From contig NW_018408786.1 of the NCBI RefSeq assembly GCF_002113885.1, positions 1,223,136 through 1,287,135 on the forward strand: a stretch of 64,000 bases of DNA, written 5' to 3'. The stretch's first letter is position 1. Every line of letters begins with the position of its first letter. A program made the translations under genes and the position numbers. Of the stretch, positions 1 through 11,285 are shown piece by piece. The notes under the pieces are model-generated. The model had not been told where the DNA came from. It searched no databases and was given only the letters and a program-made list of their open reading frames with translations. This stretch comes from Mizuhopecten yessoensis (taxonomy: Eukaryota).

Positions 1-496
1 GCAAGAAAATTATACAAAATATTTGAACTTGTAGAACTCTACTGAAATATTTATCAATCAATGTGCACTTGTTACAATGGTTACCTGAAAATGTTACAAA
101 CATCTCTTCGAAAATATCAAAACTCCTGCCTTGATTTTTAAATTGACCTCAAATCTTGAAAAAGTTCTGTGACAAAGAATTTATGCTGTATTTTGTATAA
201 CTTGAGATGTTATATATTTGACATACAATATGATGTGGCTAAGTTGAGAAAGAAGGATGGACTTAGTACAAGTCACAATCAGAGTGATTCTAATAAATGA
301 GGAATCTACATAGACAGAGATTACTATACATGTATACGGTATGGCATTCTCACAGAATTGACAAAAAGTGTAAAAACTGGACAGGAAAATATAAGTGAGG
401 TTTCTACAAGAAAAAGAAGTTCATCCAACAAAACAAACTATGTACAAAAGATGAATGTAAGTACAACTATTGAAATATGATATAACTGGTACTTAC

Positions 497-550
497 CAAA
501 CCAATAGCGAATTGTGCTACTCAACGGCACAAAACGTCGAGACATGATCA
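497..550 (-). CDS. Candidate cassette or start exon ([VI]MSRRFVPLSSTIRYWF-), ATG at 545
   Basis: Consensus TTG|GTAAGT donor in phase 1. It works either from ATG 545 (16 codons + 1 nt) or from the ccccaag| acceptor (54 nt). Confidence 0.55.
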
Positions 551-1949
551 CTTGGGGATATAGTAATATTAAGATCTGGACACAACAGGTTCACAAATAC
601 AACCGTTAGTGGTCAATGAGACATTCTACACACAGTAGGTTAAAACAACTGACAGCTAGTGGTCAGTGAGACATCAGTTAATTAGAGATGACCACACTGT
701 CCACGAAACACACAACACCATACTTTTGACGTAGTACACATCTCCAAATGTCTTCCAGGTGAAAACAGTGATGGATATTAGCCATTACAATTAGAAATCC
801 ACAACAATAAAAAAAATTAGCTACACTACGTTAAGATCCGGAGGATATTATAGGTAGAAAACATCAAAAGGATGAAATTAATTGCTAAAATAAAACTACT
901 TCCATTTTCAAGAAAAAAAACTGATGGAGTAACAATGATTTAGTGGACCATAAGGATTAGTCCCTAAGGATACAACTTGGACTCTACCACACGGAATGTT
1001 ACACATAAGACATCTTATGCTGGAGGGGTGAGAGTTGGACACAAGAAAGGGTCAACCCCTCAGGCGCAAATTAGACTTCACCACATCAAAGGCTGGACAT
1101 GAACCATTCTACTTGTGAGGGGAGGTAGAGTGATGAGGGGAGGAAACAATGATGCTGTGTGTTGTTGCTACGTTGGTGTACAGGTAGAAGTGTTACAGGT
1201 GAGTAAGGTAAGGGGCGAGGGAGACTGTGTCGTCTGTTGGAGGTGACACATCCCCTAATCAGCAAATCTACATCACCACTAATCACTGTACATGTAGGCT
1301 ATACCCTGCACTAACAGTAGCACCACTGTATACACACACTAAATAATACCATGGTAAAATACATTTTTACAAGAACAAATTTGCCTTTTTGTAAAAAAAA
1401 AAAACCAGCAAAACATTTCATGTTATTTGGCATTATATACAGACCATTTTACTAGAATTTTCTTCAAGTTTTCTTTGAAATGTTTTTTTTATCTAACAAT
1501 CACAATCCAAGTCCTTTTTAAAAACATATTAGTAAGCAGAAATGATTATGATTATTATCATTTTTTCCTCATGGAACTCAACCCTGAATATTCTAAAACC
1601 TGTGTAATCCAGACAATGGTTCTGATGTCAATAATGCTATGTTCAACCTGTGTACACCGAACAGAAGGCATTCGGTTTGGACAGGTTCCACCAAAGTGTT
1701 ATCAGTTATTAACTTATAACATACTTGTAGAAGTATTCGAAATTTCAAATGGTCTTTTGATTTTTGAAATCGAAAAAAAAAAAAACAGAATAATGAAGTA
1801 AAATACATATACATAATCAACATGCAGGAACAGAGCAAATCATAGGGAGTGATTTTTTGCTGAAGATTTCCAATTAACTGTGCAACAAAACGTACTACAC
1901 TTGCTATCGGACGTTAGACACAAGACTGGGAAGTAAAGCGATTTGTTAC

Positions 1950-1988
1950 CTGTGCTAGAAATGGATCGGCGGCGTCGCAGCGTCACAG
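1950..1988 (-). CDS. CLASP: 39-nt frame-preserving microexon (AVTLRRRRSISST-), phase 1-1
   Basis: Long pyrimidine tract and gacag| acceptor, CAG|gtaaca donor, CpG-rich, open in the phase-1 frame. Confidence 0.7.
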
Positions 1989-2583
1989 CTGTCAGAGTTA
2001 GTAAGAGAAAGACAAGAGGAGGTTATTGTCCGGACATAGAACTGATGACCTTTAACCTCGCATCCAGAGACCCCCCAAAAAAGGGTAACCATGGAAACAA
2101 AACGATTTCCATAGTAATGATATCGCGAAAAAAATGGAGACATTTTGTAAACTTCTATTTTCATATGTCTCCTATGCTGAATCGAAAGGAAATGGTTTCT
2201 TTAGCAATTACAAACTTGTTAAGTTATTTCTAAATTAAATGAGTAATATATAAGAATAAATGAAATTGTAATATCGTGATGTAATTAACTACGTAAAGTG
2301 AACTGTTAAAGAGGAATACTGATGCGCTGTAGCAATAAGGTGAAAATGATTTACATTAGCTAATTATAAATTAATTAAGTGAATATTAAATAAGAATCTG
2401 TAAGTTTGTTAAAAACAAAATCTCCTTCCACCAGTGAATAGTGACAGGTATATCTGTGAGGACGTGAAAATAGTGACGCGACTGGTAATCTATCATATCC
2501 TTATTTCGTAAACCGTATAATATAATGAGGTTGAATTCACTGGAAAATTGACTTGAGCAAGTCTAATCTGTGCTGATTATACA

Positions 2584-2761
2584 CAGTGAAGCCTTGATAA
2601 GCCAGACAACTTTGAACCCAGAAAAAGTGGCTTATTAGAGAGGCGAATGGATTTACAAGGGCAGTTTTATATAGAAAATGGACAACTGTTCCTTAAAACA
2701 TGGACTGGATATGTAGATAGACAACATGATTAGTGGTGGCTGGATCAACAAGGCTCGACTG
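2584..2761. mobile_element. Tc1/mariner (pogo/Tigger)-type MITE remnant
   Basis: Termini cagtgaagccttg ... caaggctcgactg form an imperfect inverted repeat starting CAGT. Confidence 0.55.
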
Positions 2762-3099
2762 TCTATCTCCTAAAATCCTAATATATGATTAACTTGGCCG
2801 ACTGTTACAGATCTTTCCCAATTTCAGGACTTCATTGAGCATTATTTGCTCCAACATTTTCATTTCACAATATTTTCCAATTGTGGAAAAAAAAATTCGG
2901 AAAGATTTTTTTTTTTATTGTATTACGAAAACAGCTGCACATATCACTGAGTTACATTTGTGAGGAATGGATTTCTCATATTATTATTGAATTGCCTGAC
3001 AATCAAATTTCAATGAGATGATTTACAGATATTTGATAAACAGTGTTGGCATCCCCATACCCCCCTTCCCTCCCTCCTGACTCGGTAAAGGGTTCGTAC

Positions 3100-3228
3100 C
3101 TGAGGCGCTGGGCGTCTTTCTCCCTGAGGCCAGGCCACTGCTACTTGTCTTCTTGGCCTGCGGGACTTTGGTGGATAGAGGCCGTGCAAATTCATTGTCA
3201 TCACAATCGGATGGCCCTCTGCTTGGAG
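3100..3228 (-). CDS. CLASP: CLASP linker exon B (APSRGPSDCDDNEFARPLSTKVPQAKKTSSSGLASGRKTPSAS-), 129 nt, phase 1-1
   Basis: ttttgattcttatag| and CAG|gtacga splice sites; GC-rich; paralogous to exon A. Confidence 0.82.
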
Positions 3229-3454
3229 CTATAAGAATCAAAAGGTTTTAGAAGTTGAGCCATTGAAGAAATCATACTGAAATTTTCATTTTCAGATGAA
3301 GCACTATTCATTTGTATAAGTCAATGGTTATAATGTGTACATCTTTCAATGTCTTCGTACAGAAAAACAAAACTTCCTAATTCAGTTTATGGACAGTATT
3401 CTACTCATGCCGTTTCTTCTGACTGACCATTAACATTTCTTTTGGCATCACTTA

Positions 3455-3720
3455 TAATGAAATTCCTTGTAATATCACTAATCACTACACAAAATTCATT
3501 GTAACATCACTTGTCACTGGTCCAATGTTAGACCAATGAAATTCCTTGTTACATCACTAATCAATAGACCAATGAAATTCATTGCAACAACACTTACCAC
3601 TGCTCCAATGGAGTTCATTCTTATATCACTAATCGCTAGACCAATGAAATTCATTGTTACCTCACTAATCACTAGATTAATGAAAATTCATTGTAACATC
3701 ACTTATCACTGGTCCAATGG
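3455..3720. repeat. Degenerate ~38-bp tandem repeat (ccaatgaaattcattgtaacatcacttatcact...)
   Basis: About 7 recurrences of aatgaaattc/atcact motifs. Confidence 0.75.
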
Positions 3721-3861
3721 AACGATATTTTCCTCATTACTAGAATTGAAAGTAAAGCACACATTACCTAGAATTTAAAACGCTCACCATTAGATATACG
3801 CAATAAGCAGCAACTTATTGGATAAAGTTTGGGAAGTTAAAAAAATTTGGCAATAGGATCT

Positions 3862-3922
3862 GATTGGTTGGTAGTACAGGGTTTAACGTCCTATCAACAG
3901 CTAAGGTCGTTTAAGAATGTGC
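3862..3922 (-). mobile_element. SINE 3' tail fragment
   Basis: gtttaacgtcctatcaacagctaaggtc matches the longer copy at 54662-54920. Confidence 0.65.
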
Positions 3923-4035
3923 AACAGGGATGGAAACAATTTCATCTTTTTTCATTTTTGAATGTTACTGAGCTACTGAGGCTATGATGTAAGAACTGTA
4001 CTGCAATGTGTGCTACTAGAATGGTCTCCCCTTAC

Positions 4036-4146
4036 CTCTGGGTATGGTGGAGGAGCTAGTGCTGCGCTTGGTCTGGCCGCTGCTGCGGTAGGAGGACGGT
4101 CGGCCGAAGTCGAGCTCATCGTCAGTGGTGCTTCCCCGGCTTGGTG
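4036..4146 (-). CDS. CLASP: CLASP linker exon A (APSRGSTTDDELDFGRPSSYRSSGQTKRSTSSSTIPR-), 111 nt, phase 1-1
   Basis: ttgtctttgcag| and GAG|gtaagg splice sites; GC-rich island in an AT-rich intron. The DDE...RPSS Ser-rich sequence resembles the vertebrate CLASP linker (recalled FDDEDSVDGNRPSS). Confidence 0.85.
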
Positions 4147-7100
4147 CTGCAAAGACAAAATAGGGGGTTCAGTTTTTATCCTGTGTTACCAAAAGTTAGA
4201 GATTCTTCAACACTGTGCCGTCTGCTCAGTCCTAATTAGAAACAGCCCAGGCAGGGCCATCATCCCTGAGGAGTCTCACAGACAGCAAAGCTTCTCCAGA
4301 ATACTAAAACCACATACTTATGTACACAAAAATATACAGAGGACTAACTTGCATTATGCAAATGTGTCAAACCATTAGGTCTTATGTTATCTTTAGATCC
4401 CTGTAATAAAAATTTATCCAAGGAGATCTTGTTATCGTTCCTCTGTCAAACAGATGTACTGCACATCAATTCTACGCCAGGTTTTTTCAATTACATGTTT
4501 GACAAAACACATAAATATACATCCGAAACACCAACTCGGTGCGAGACCACCAATTTCAGGGTTATCTCGCACTATAGTTCACACTGTGGCCTCGGCAATT
4601 CCATGCACGCTGTGACTAATTATATGAAATTAATCGCCCAGTTCTGATAGACATTTATAAGTGATAAATACATACGTCACATCACTTAGTTGCCTCAAAA
4701 TAGTATGCCTCTTTGTTGGAATAGGAGGGAGGGGAGACGAGGAAATTGTTCACACCTGGGTTCTATCAAATATGTTTTTCTTCACTTCTATGCCAATTCA
4801 AGCTAGCAATATTTACACACTGTATCTAAAGGTAACTGATGATCCGACGTACAGATCATGACAGAGCAATGCAAGTCATATGTTCTTTAACTGTTCGGCT
4901 CCTCCAGACCAAACTTTGTATATTGTCTATAATATATGAAACATTTTAATTCATTAGCCATGAATTGGCTGATGTTAAAATTCCTCAAAATCTTTAACTG
5001 CTGTTAATTATTTTCATCTGAACGTATCATGCAGTCTGCACAACTCTACAGTAACACACATTTACCACACATGATGCATAAATGGAATGTGCATCAGTGT
5101 AAATTAAAAAGTCAGAAACAGTAACACATATATATATGTATACACGCACACACATTCTGTAGTAATGTAGTAGAGTAGCTATTTCTAAAGGCTGCTAAGT
5201 AAGTTCTGCTGTCGACACACAGCTTTACTCTAATTGTACACATTGGGCAGAGATACAGTTTCAGGTCTTAACACATCCATAGAAATTAATAAACCAGACT
5301 AACGATCCTCAGTGTTATATCAAGGTATGGAGTTCCCTTACAGAGAGCCTTGAAGATTAATTAAATTGTTGTAAAATTTGAGCGTTTCTGACGAATCGTT
5401 CTAGAAATCTAGCGAGGATACGTGTCTATGGCATCTTCTTTGTAAAACATCTCTGTGCTTATCGCTCGTATCGGAACAATCTCGGAAAGTAAAAAGTCAC
5501 TACAAATGTATCTATGATGATGTATGCAGTAGATTCTTATCGGCATGGGAACCATATACACTTATATTACTATTAACAAGCCCCAGCAGTAGGCCATACA
5601 TAGTGTATGTATGCGACTATAGTATTACAGCGTGCACCAATTAAGTAAACAGTTCGGTGAATTATGAAAGGAAATATAATGTAATGAGAACGAAAAAGGA
5701 AAATGTAATAAAATGTGCAAGTCATGCACACAGGTATTTGATAGTATGTCAGGTGCACACCACGGCTGCCCATTTATCTGTTTCTAAATGTATAGATAGG
5801 TACCAACATCAACCTAATAATCATAACGGTTATATAGGTAGGTACAGACATACCGTATTTATCCTGAAATAAGCCCAGGGGGCCAACATATTATCTCCGA
5901 CTCTAAAAATTAGGGTGTTGGCACATTAGAAGCCAAAGAAATAGCATTTCTTGGCATTATTTCCACTGAATCGCAATACATTTGGGTGGGCTTATTACCA
6001 GGCATGAGCTTATTGCTGGATGAATGCATTAACTGTAATATTATTGTGTAGGTAGTTACCGACTTCACCCTAATATACACCTCAAAGGTATAGGTGATAC
6101 CGACTTTAATCTTTTAAACACAACTCTGCTTCTATAATCATTTTATAAACATCTGTAATGCCTGCCTCGAAAAAGAATGAAAACAAATGTTCTGTTTGAA
6201 ATGTCGAGTATCGTAGACAGGGTAATTAACAATGTAAGCCTGACAGATAATCGAGGTGACAAGATTTCGCTGAAAATACACTACTGATGAAGCTATACAC
6301 CTGATAACAGCAACATTATGCTTCCCTGATGAAACGGGAAATGAAATCCTGACTCACATATAATGTTGTACCAGGTCCAATGTTTTGCTGGTATGGGTTG
6401 GTAATTTTACGGTGTTTTGGACGAAACGTCGGTTTAATAGGTCTTTATGCATACCGACATGCCAAAATTAACTTTATTTCAAAACCTGGATCTGGTCCCA
6501 AAATAACAGACAGACAAAAAGTTCAGTGTCTAAACACAAAGCTTGATATCCCCCTTACAATAATGTCTCTGTGATCATGACATTAATCAAAATTATGAAA
6601 GTGGAAAATTTGGGGGGTTTTCTGTAGAAATCGACAAAATGTTTTGACAGCTACACGACCGATGAATGGTGCACTCTAAAAACCTTTCACCTGATGTGGT
6701 GGTGATAAAACGTAAAATCTGATGCATTTTACGAAATACTGGTTCTAGTTACAGTGCGGAGAATAAACGGGCTGTCCTCCGTCCATTTAGAATGTCACAA
6801 TGCACGAAACTTGCCAGGTTTTTGACATAAAACGTGTTTTACATGCAAATATGATTGTTCACCGGAACGCTAGACACTAAGCAATATCAACACGATAAAA
6901 AAGTTCAGAACAAAGTATAGCCGGGCATTGAAAACGCTGTACTCAATTTTTGTCCATTAGACAGAAGTTATTAGATAATTTGTAGCTATCCGACACTTAT
7001 GAATAGATAAGTTACAGGTTTAGCCGTTAAAAAAGTTAAAATACTCAATAAATTTTACTTATTATGACAAAGCTGTTATAGAATTTCTGGTCATCCGACA

Positions 7101-7320
7101 CTGCGAAAAGTTCTGACACAAGTGTGGGTGTTGACAACATACACACAGTATTACACAGCACAACGTATAACAAAATTATCATATATATAGTAACGAGTTA
7201 TTGGACACGGAAAAGAACTGAGTTACAGCTTTAGGAGTTGACAAGCTCTGCTCATAAAACTTCACTTATTTGATATACATACCACAGACAATCTTGGTTT
7301 ATCTAAAATATTCAAACAAC

Positions 7321-7410
7321 TTAACTCATTCACCCCTGAAATTCCATAATGAACTGTTCCAACCTTTGAATTGGATGGGTTCAAATGTGTCTCCAGGGGT
7401 GAATGAATTA
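7321..7410. mobile_element. ~90-bp TTAA-flanked MITE, copy 1
   Basis: TIR ttaactcattcacccctg ... caggggtgaatgaatta; six copies in the window. Confidence 0.85.
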
Positions 7411-8334
7411 CCTGAGTCAAGTTTTTCACCAGCACACACTCTTAGTGTTTTGCCTCCGACACTAGTCTACAGTGTGTAGTAAGTACGTGTGCACTCTCAC
7501 CATTACACCTGTGGGGGGGACTGACTTAATTACTACAATCTATCAATAGTATTGGTGACTAATACTGTTTTTGTTGCCCTTCCTCACTCCCTATAGTATC
7601 AATTCTCCTCCTCCCCCTCCTCCTCCTGCTGTTGTACCTCCTCCTCCATACCTCCCCTCTCCTCCCCCTCTTACGGTGACTAAGTCCAGAGATGATTGAT
7701 CAGTTACCACCCTGGAGTCAGGGAAGAAATAACCACAGGAAATGATGACATATTGTTATACCAGCTATTAATTTTCAGATGACCTCGGCTTGGATAGGGC
7801 TGGTGTATTGCTGAGGAGGATGGGAAGTTGTGGTGGATGAGGAGGGGGAAGAAAACACATGATTTCAATATCAGACTGGTGCAGATGGTCGCCTATAATT
7901 TGTTAACACTTTCCATGGCTCTCTAAGTACATATATTTAGATATGAAATTGCAGGCGCAGCCAGGAAATAGTTTGTATCTACTCACGTGAATCACAAACA
8001 AAAGAAACTGTTTAATAATTTGATCATGCATTTTCACATCAACACATCTTTCCAAGACTATGTGACAGTACTGAAAGACATACTCACAATACTATTCTGA
8101 CTTTAGAACAAGATATCTGCAACAGACTTTCTGGCTTTGCAACAAAATCAAGACAAAGGGTATTTACTACTATCTGACTGTACATGATAACTTTACAAGA
8201 TTATCTTTACAGTTCAATTAAACATCTTAAACTTCTTGGTAAAACTTAGTGATACCATTTTCCCAAAATTTTGGAATTACACCATATATTTTCAAACCAG
8301 GTACATTTAAACAAGGATGAAATAGGAAAGCTGT

Positions 8335-8852
8335 CAAGACATCTTTATATAAGACTACCGGACAGTTCAACAAGACATCTTTATATAAGACTATCCGACA
8401 GTTCAACAAGACATCTTTTTATAAGACTACCGGACAGTTCAACAAGACATCTTTATATAAGACTACCGGACAGTTCAACAAGACATCTTTATATAAGACT
8501 ATCNNNNNNNNNNNNNNNNNNNNNNNNNNNNNNNNNNNNNNNNNNNNNNNNNNNNNNNNNNNNNNNNNNNNNNNNNNNNNNNNNNNNNNNNNNNNNNNNN
8601 NNNNNNNNNNNNNNNNNNNNNNNNNNNNNNNNNNNNNNNNATATAAGACTATCGGACAGTTCAACAAGACATCTTTATATAAGACTACCGGATAGTTCAA
8701 CAAGACATCTTTATATAAGACTATCGGACAGTTCAACAAGACATCTTTTTATAAGACTATCGGACAGTACAACAAGACATCTTTATAAAAGACTATCGGA
8801 CAGTTCAACAAGACATCTTTATATAAGACTATCGGACAGTTCAACAAGACAA
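8335..8852. repeat. 36-bp minisatellite (aagactaccggacagttcaacaagacatctttatat) spanning an assembly gap
   Basis: Near-identical units on both sides of the N run at 8504-8640. Confidence 0.95.
8504..8640. other. Assembly gap (137 N)
   Basis: Run of N. Confidence 1.
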
Positions 8853-8969
8853 CTTTTCAAGACTATTGTCCTGATGGTACAACTTTACAGATTTACAAGA
8901 TTTTCCGATCAGTGTAACAAGCCATTTGTCAATCCCCTTTTACTATAGATTGGTACCCCATATCTTTAC

Positions 8970-9033
8970 CTTTCTTTGTGGAGCCAATGAACGCCTTATA
9001 TTTCTGTATGATCTTTTCCTTGATGGAAACCAT
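8970..9033 (-). CDS. Candidate alternative start exon (MVSIKEKIIQKYKAFIGSTKK-)
   Basis: gaaATGG start, 21 codons + 1 nt, AAG|GTAAAG donor in phase 1; basic, amphipathic-looking peptide. Confidence 0.5.
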
Positions 9034-10799
9034 TTCTGACTGTGCGTTATCAGGACATGTATCCTTGCCACATAGATAATTACTTATATTCCGTTATGTA
9101 CATGTCTACATGAAGTCCATTGTCCGGTATATCCTGGTCCACCAGCTGGCTGTCGGGTATTACATGTAGTTATCTATATATTACCAAACATAACATCCTG
9201 TCATACCACGAGCCCGGCCAATGTATACAAATAATGGCGCTTATGTATATTCCACACTTCTCAGAAAGTACCTTGAGGAATCACAAGCTCCTCAGATGGT
9301 GATTCCTCAATTTCAGGAATGTACAAGCTTCTGAGTTGGAGATTCCACAATTTCAGGGATGTACAAGCTCCAAACTTTGTGATTCCTCAATAATTGGGAT
9401 GTAGAAGCTACAGGCTTGGTGTTTCTATATCAGACTGGACAAAGCTTGGTAATGATTTCACGATATTTGGAATGTATTAACTCCTGACCAGGTGTTCCCA
9501 CGACAAAAAAGCTTGATGATTTCACCATATGATATTCTGGTTTTAGTCATTCTACACAAAACTTATGATCTACATGAACCCTGTGTAAGTAAGTCAACAA
9601 TACCACACATCTTACACAAAGACACTGGAATTATGTGATTTATGAAGTTAACAAAATACTCCATAGGCGATCACAAGGACTTTAAATATGGTTGGTTGAA
9701 TACACTCTGAATCCCAGAACCAGTAAATATCCATCACAGATTCTTCAAGGTTATCGTAGCATAGAGAGGTCGTAAAGAACTTGAAACATGTACGTTTTCA
9801 TCAGGATCACTTCTTGAGAGGAAAAAAAGTTGAGAAACTCGGAGATCACAGAAACTTGGAACTATGAATGCTGGGAAACTGTGTAGACACACTAAACACC
9901 AATCAGCCGACTTGTCGAGTAAAGATTATTAGTCACTTATCTCTGCCTAGTCAATCGCGACTCTGCATCCCATTCCGCAACGCTCATCACAGTGATTCAG
10001 AAAAGCTGGGGGGAAAAGTCAGATTCTACCTCGAATGCCAGCTGCCGAAACCAAAATTATAAAACACACTTCTCCTTGAGGTTGTATAAATATCGAAATT
10101 AAAAACACAAGTTTTCTTCGGTGAAAGTCGAAATCAAATACACCAGCCTCCCATTGTAAAAGGCTAAATCAAAAACGTGAGCCGCCTAAGTAAAACGCTT
10201 GTTAGGTGCTATTTAGCAAGCTATTAGGAGGAGGTGCCAATGGACTGGAGTGCCAGATGGTCTGGAGCATGGTATCCCCATCACAGAACGATCATCACCC
10301 TCGGAGGGGCGGCCAGGCGAGATGAGGGAGGCAGCCTCCGTACCCACAGCACCAAGGTAAGTACTCTTTATCATACCCACTGCATACAGCATGCATGCAG
10401 CCAGGCATTGTGTGAATGGGTGTTGTATACTAGATGTGTAGTGTATGGGAGAATTAATTACCTTGCCCTAATGTTTGACATGTGCAGCATGCATTTAGCC
10501 CTTAGTTCAAACATTTCCTCAAAACACGGTATATGAATCTTTATCAAATACATATGACTTATGTAAACTTTATCATTACTTTACCAAAAAATATTTTTTT
10601 TGTTCCATGTTTTTCAGTATCAATTGAGAACCATATGGGCACTTATGTAAAAACATGTGACAGGCCTGACGAAAGTGAACTGCACTAGAGTTTCTTATTC
10701 CATATGACGTTTGTGTGCCAGTACAAGAAAATTACAAATATCATCAACACATGGTGGAAACGACCAACAAATTATAGTTAACTAGTTGACTGTAACTTC

Positions 10800-11285
10800 A
10801 ATTAGCATACCAGGGCAATCTTCTTCGAGGCAATTATAACCCCAACAGGCAATTATCACTCAGCTGGTAATCCTTGGCAATTGTAATTAGGAATTATAAT
10901 CAAGGCAATCTAATGCAATGTATAATAACCCAGACAGACAATCATAACTCAGTTAGCATTATAACTTAGGTAATCTAATTAGCCAATTATAACCCAGGCA
11001 GGCAATTATAACTCATCTGGCAATACAAGGCAAATAAATATAAGCAGGAATTATAACTTAGGCAATTATAACCCAGGCAGGCAAGTATAACTCATCTGGC
11101 AATACAAGGCAAATAAATATAAGCAGGAATTATAACTTAGGCAATCAGAGGCAAATGTAAACAAGAAATTTAACCTTGGCAATCCAACGCAATTATAAGC
11201 CAGACAAGCATTTATAACCTGGCAATCAGGAAGTATAATGTTAACCTAGGCAATCCAAGGCAATTATAACCCAAGAAATTATAGC
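10800..11285. repeat. Degenerate short-period repeat built on ggcaattataac(c/t)
   Basis: Many caattataac/ggcaatc motifs, with an internal ~80-bp duplication around 10985-11145. Confidence 0.75.

Noticed and set aside
4010-4378. Plus-strand 122-aa Gly/Ala-rich ORF
   Set aside because: Antisense shadow of GC-rich CLASP exon A.
5410-5425. GTATCCT resembling a U12-type 5' splice site
   Set aside because: Deviates from GTATCCTTT, is in the wrong phase, and no matching U12 branch site was seen.
6358-6452. ATG-initiated frame ending at a GTGAGT donor (similar cases near 7987 and 18403)
   Set aside because: Donors are phase 2 or 0 and cannot join the phase-1 linker exons in frame; at most non-coding leaders.
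8271-8948. 225-aa ORF with IRLPDSSTRHLY repeats
   Set aside because: It is the translation of a 36-bp minisatellite across an N gap, with a non-ATG start.
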